Shown here piece by piece: positions 61,264 through 64,000 of a stretch of DNA of 64,000 bases (its first letter is position 1; each line of letters starts with the position of its first letter). The position numbers and the translations under genes are program-made. The notes beneath the pieces were generated by a model that worked only from the letters and a program-made list of their open reading frames with translations, had not been told where the DNA came from and searched no databases. The stretch lies in the NCBI GenBank assembly GCA_964494205.1, contig CAZBRD010000004.1:164170-228169 (forward strand), given 5' to 3'. Source of the DNA: an uncultured Phycisphaeraceae bacterium (GTDB lineage: Bacteria > Planctomycetota > Phycisphaerae > UBA1845).

Positions 61264-64000
61264 ATGAACGGAATGTCAACAGAACCTCAATCGCGAAAAC
61301 CGGGTCGTTACGACTTCACGGCCATCGAAACCAAGTGGCAGCAGTACTGGGATCAGCACCAGACGTTCAAGGCGTTGAACCCGGGTGAACCCGGCGCGGA
61401 CACCTCGAAACCGAAGTACTACATCCTTGATATGTTCCCCTACCCGAGCGGAGCCGGGCTGCATGTCGGCCACCCGCTGGGGTATTGCGCGACGGACATC
61501 ATGACGCGCTACAAGCGTATGCGCGGGTTCAACGTGCTGCACCCGATGGGGTTCGATGCGTTCGGGTTGCCGGCGGAACAATACGCGATCGAGACCAACG
61601 TTCACCCGGCTGTGACCACGCGGAAGAACATCGACAAGTATCGCCAGCAATTGAAGATGTTCGGGTTCAGCTATGACTGGAGCCGCGAGATCTCGACGTG
61701 CGAACCGGATTACTACAAGCATACGCAGTGGATGTTCGCGCGGATGTTCGAGAGTTGGTACGACGCTGACGTGCGCTGGACCGATTCGCAAGGGCGCGCC
61801 GTGGTCGGACGCGCGCGGCCAATCCGCGAGTTGGTGGCGGAGTTGGAATCGGGACGATGGGGAGTCGATGCGAATCTCAGAGTAACGCGGGATTCAAACG
61901 CCGCCGGCCTCCGCGCGTGGTCGAGCCTGAGCAAAATTGAACAACGGCAAGTGTTGGACTCGCAGCGACTGGCGTACATCGACGAGATTCCCGTGAACTG
62001 GTGCCCGGCGCTGGGCACCGTGCTCGCGAACGAAGAAGTCGACAACGAAGGCCGCAGCGAGCGTGGCGGACATCCGGTTTTTCGCAGGCCGCTGAAGCAA
62101 TGGCTGATGCGGATCACGAAATACTCCGAGCGGTTGCTCGCAGACCTCGATCTCGTTGATTGGCCAGAGTCGATCAAACTCTCGCAACGAAATTGGATCG
62201 GCCGAAGCACGGGCGCGGAAGTGGTGTTCCCGTTGGCGGACAAGTGGAAGATCGAAGGCGGCGAATGGACTCATGTCGGGCCGGTTTCCAACCGATCTGG
62301 AACCGGTTCATCCGCCGACTCCAAGCTTTCATATGAGAACTTCCCCGGCGCTATCCGCATCTACACGACGCGGCCCGATACGCTGTTCGGTGCGACATAT
62401 GTCGTGGTCGCGCCGGAACATGAACTGGTGCAGAAGATCACGACGCCGGATCGCCAGCGCGAAGTCGAAGCGTACGTAGCCGCCGCCAAGAACCGTACCG
62501 AGCTTGATCGCACGGCTGACACCAAGGAAAAAACGGGTGTTTTCACAGGTGCGTATGCGATCAACCCGGTGAATGGCTGGAAGGTTCCTATCTGGGTCGC
62601 GGATTACGTGCTGACAGGGTATGGCACCGGTGCGATCATGGCTGTGCCAGGGTCTGACACGCGCGATTTCGAATTCGCGTCGCGATTCAATCTGCCGATC
62701 GTGGCCGTGGTCAAACCGACGAAGGAATGGATTGAGGAACGTCTCACCGCGATGACGGCGGATATCAGCAAAACCGCACAGGCTGGTCTTGACGAACTCG
62801 CCCGCGAGTTCCCCGATCTCAAATCTGAAATCTTAAATCGCCGCGAAAAGAGCGCGGGGTTGAGCGAGAAGACGTTGGGCATTCTGCGTGACAACGTCGG
62901 TGTCGAACGGCTCAACGGTCACTATGTCGGGCATCCGCAATCATGGGGAGCCGCGTTCACCGATGACGGCTGGGCTGTGCAATCACCGAATGAAAATGAA
63001 AAAGCGCCGATCCCCGGTGGTGTTTGCTCTTTGAACGGTCTCACGACCGCCGAAGCGAAAACGAAGATCATTGCTTGGCTCGGGAAAACCGGCGTCGGTC
63101 GCGAGGCAGTTAAGTACAAGCTACGTGATTGGCTCTTCAGTCGACAGCGTTATTGGGGTGAGCCATTCCCGATTCTGCACAGCGACGATGGCGATGTGAT
63201 CGCACTTGACGATGCGGAATTGCCGCTCGAATTGCCGGAAATGAGGGACTTCCGCCCGACCCCGATGCCGGAAAACTCCGACGCGATGCCCGAGCCTCCT
63301 CTGGGCCGGGCGAAGGAATGGGGCAAGGTGGATCGCAACGGCAAGAAGTTCCACCGCGAAGTGAACACCATGCCGCAGTGGGCCGGTTCATGTTGGTATT
63401 ACCTGCGCTTCATCGACCCGCACAACGCGGGGCTGTTCTGCGGCAAGGACGCCGAGAAATACTGGATGCCGGTCGATCTCTACGTCGGCGGGGCTGAGCA
63501 CGCCGTGCTGCACTTGCTCTATGCCAGATACTGGCACAAAGTCCTCTTCGATCTTGGCCATGTGTCGACACCAGAGCCGTTCAAACGGTTGTTCAACCAA
63601 GGCATGATTCAGGGGTTTGCGTACAAGGATTCTCGCGGCATGCTGCATAGCCCGGAGATCGTTGAGCAAAAAGGCGACGAGCAGTTCGTTCTTAAATCAA
63701 CCGGCGAACCCGTCACCCGAATCATCGCCAAGATGAGCAAATCGCTTCGCAATGTCGTCAATCCCGATGAGATCATCGGCGAGTACGGAGCCGACACGTT
63801 CCGCCTCTACGAAATGTACATGGGCCCGCTCGATTCCTCGAAGCCGTGGAACACGCGCGACGTACCCGGGCTGTTCAAGCTTTGCCAGCGAATCTGGCGA
63901 CTCGTCGTTGATGAACACACGGGCGAAATTTCGACTGCGTTGACTTCGAACGCGCCCGATGAGGCCACCCTGCGCGTGCTGCACAAGACGATCAAGAGAG
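61264..64000 (+). CDS. leuS: Leucyl-tRNA synthetase (3' end outside window)
   Basis: Not in the ORF track because the frame runs off the window. My translation gives [37 protein letters not shown]...[22 protein letters not shown] (HIGH region), ...[12 protein letters not shown]..., [18 protein letters not shown], and [10 protein letters not shown] (KMSKS) at ~63731. The frame was checked as continuous at 62641-63140. Confidence 0.95.
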   Translation, partial: MNGMSTEPQSRKPGRYDFTAIETKWQQYWDQHQTFKALNPGEPGADTSKPKYYILDMFPYPSGAGLHVGHPLGYCATDIMTRYKRMRGFNVLHPMGFDAFGLPAEQYAIETNVHPAVTTRKNIDKYRQQLKMFGFSYDWSREISTCEPDYYKHTQWMFARMFESWYDADVRWTDSQGRAVVGRARPIRELVAELESGRWGVDANLRVTRDSNAAGLRAWSSLSKIEQRQVLDSQRLAYIDEIPVNWCPALGTVLANEEVDNEGRSERGGHPVFRRPLKQWLMRITKYSERLLADLDLVDWPESIKLSQRNWIGRSTGAEVVFPLADKWKIEGGEWTHVGPVSNRSGTGSSADSKLSYENFPGAIRIYTTRPDTLFGATYVVVAPEHELVQKITTPDRQREVEAYVAAAKNRTELDRTADTKEKTGVFTGAYAINPVNGWKVPIWVADYVLTGYGTGAIMAVPGSDTRDFEFASRFNLPIVAVVKPTKEWIEERLTAMTADISKTAQAGLDELAREFPDLKSEILNRREKSAGLSEKTLGILRDNVGVERLNGHYVGHPQSWGAAFTDDGWAVQSPNENEKAPIPGGVCSLNGLTTAEAKTKIIAWLGKTGVGREAVKYKLRDWLFSRQRYWGEPFPILHSDDGDVIALDDAELPLELPEMRDFRPTPMPENSDAMPEPPLGRAKEWGKVDRNGKKFHREVNTMPQWAGSCWYYLRFIDPHNAGLFCGKDAEKYWMPVDLYVGGAEHAVLHLLYARYWHKVLFDLGHVSTPEPFKRLFNQGMIQGFAYKDSRGMLHSPEIVEQKGDEQFVLKSTGEPVTRIIAKMSKSLRNVVNPDEIIGEYGADTFRLYEMYMGPLDSSKPWNTRDVPGLFKLCQRIWRLVVDEHTGEISTALTSNAPDEATLRVLHKTIKR

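Overview
GC-rich bacterial chromosomal window. The gene content suggests Planctomycetota, possibly Phycisphaerae-like: two DUF1559-type prepilin-like proteins, giant Cys/Asp-rich secreted proteins, dockerin-like modules and many short palindromic repeats. This assignment is inference only. About 48 protein genes are supported. Housekeeping genes are cysC, prfA, rpmE, gltA-type citrate synthase, an aspartate aminotransferase, accA, purN, mnmG and leuS (3' end outside the window). There is dense signalling content: an HDOD protein next to a REC-GGDEF-GAF-HD-GYP enzyme, an HTH-REC / HDOD-histidine kinase / atypical REC operon, an orphan kinase and a single-domain REC. Transport and membrane genes include a KefC-like antiporter, a K+ channel, a MATE transporter and a MauE/DoxX-rhodanese pair. 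The most interesting content is fourfold. (1) A clear cobalamin riboswitch plus terminator sits in front of a non-canonical operon of three exported proteins and no known B12 transporter or enzyme. (2) A small exosortase (XrtH-like) with a partner membrane protein lies in the same window as three proteins carrying IPTxSxWG-type C-terminal sorting signals; one of them is the first riboswitch-controlled gene. (3) Two tandem copies of a ~100-bp intergenic repeat element are inserted in frame in mnmG. (4) Several families of REP-like palindromic repeats are present. No rRNA, tRNA, CRISPR, transposase or phage genes were recognised. All family assignments come from reading motifs by eye; no database search was possible.
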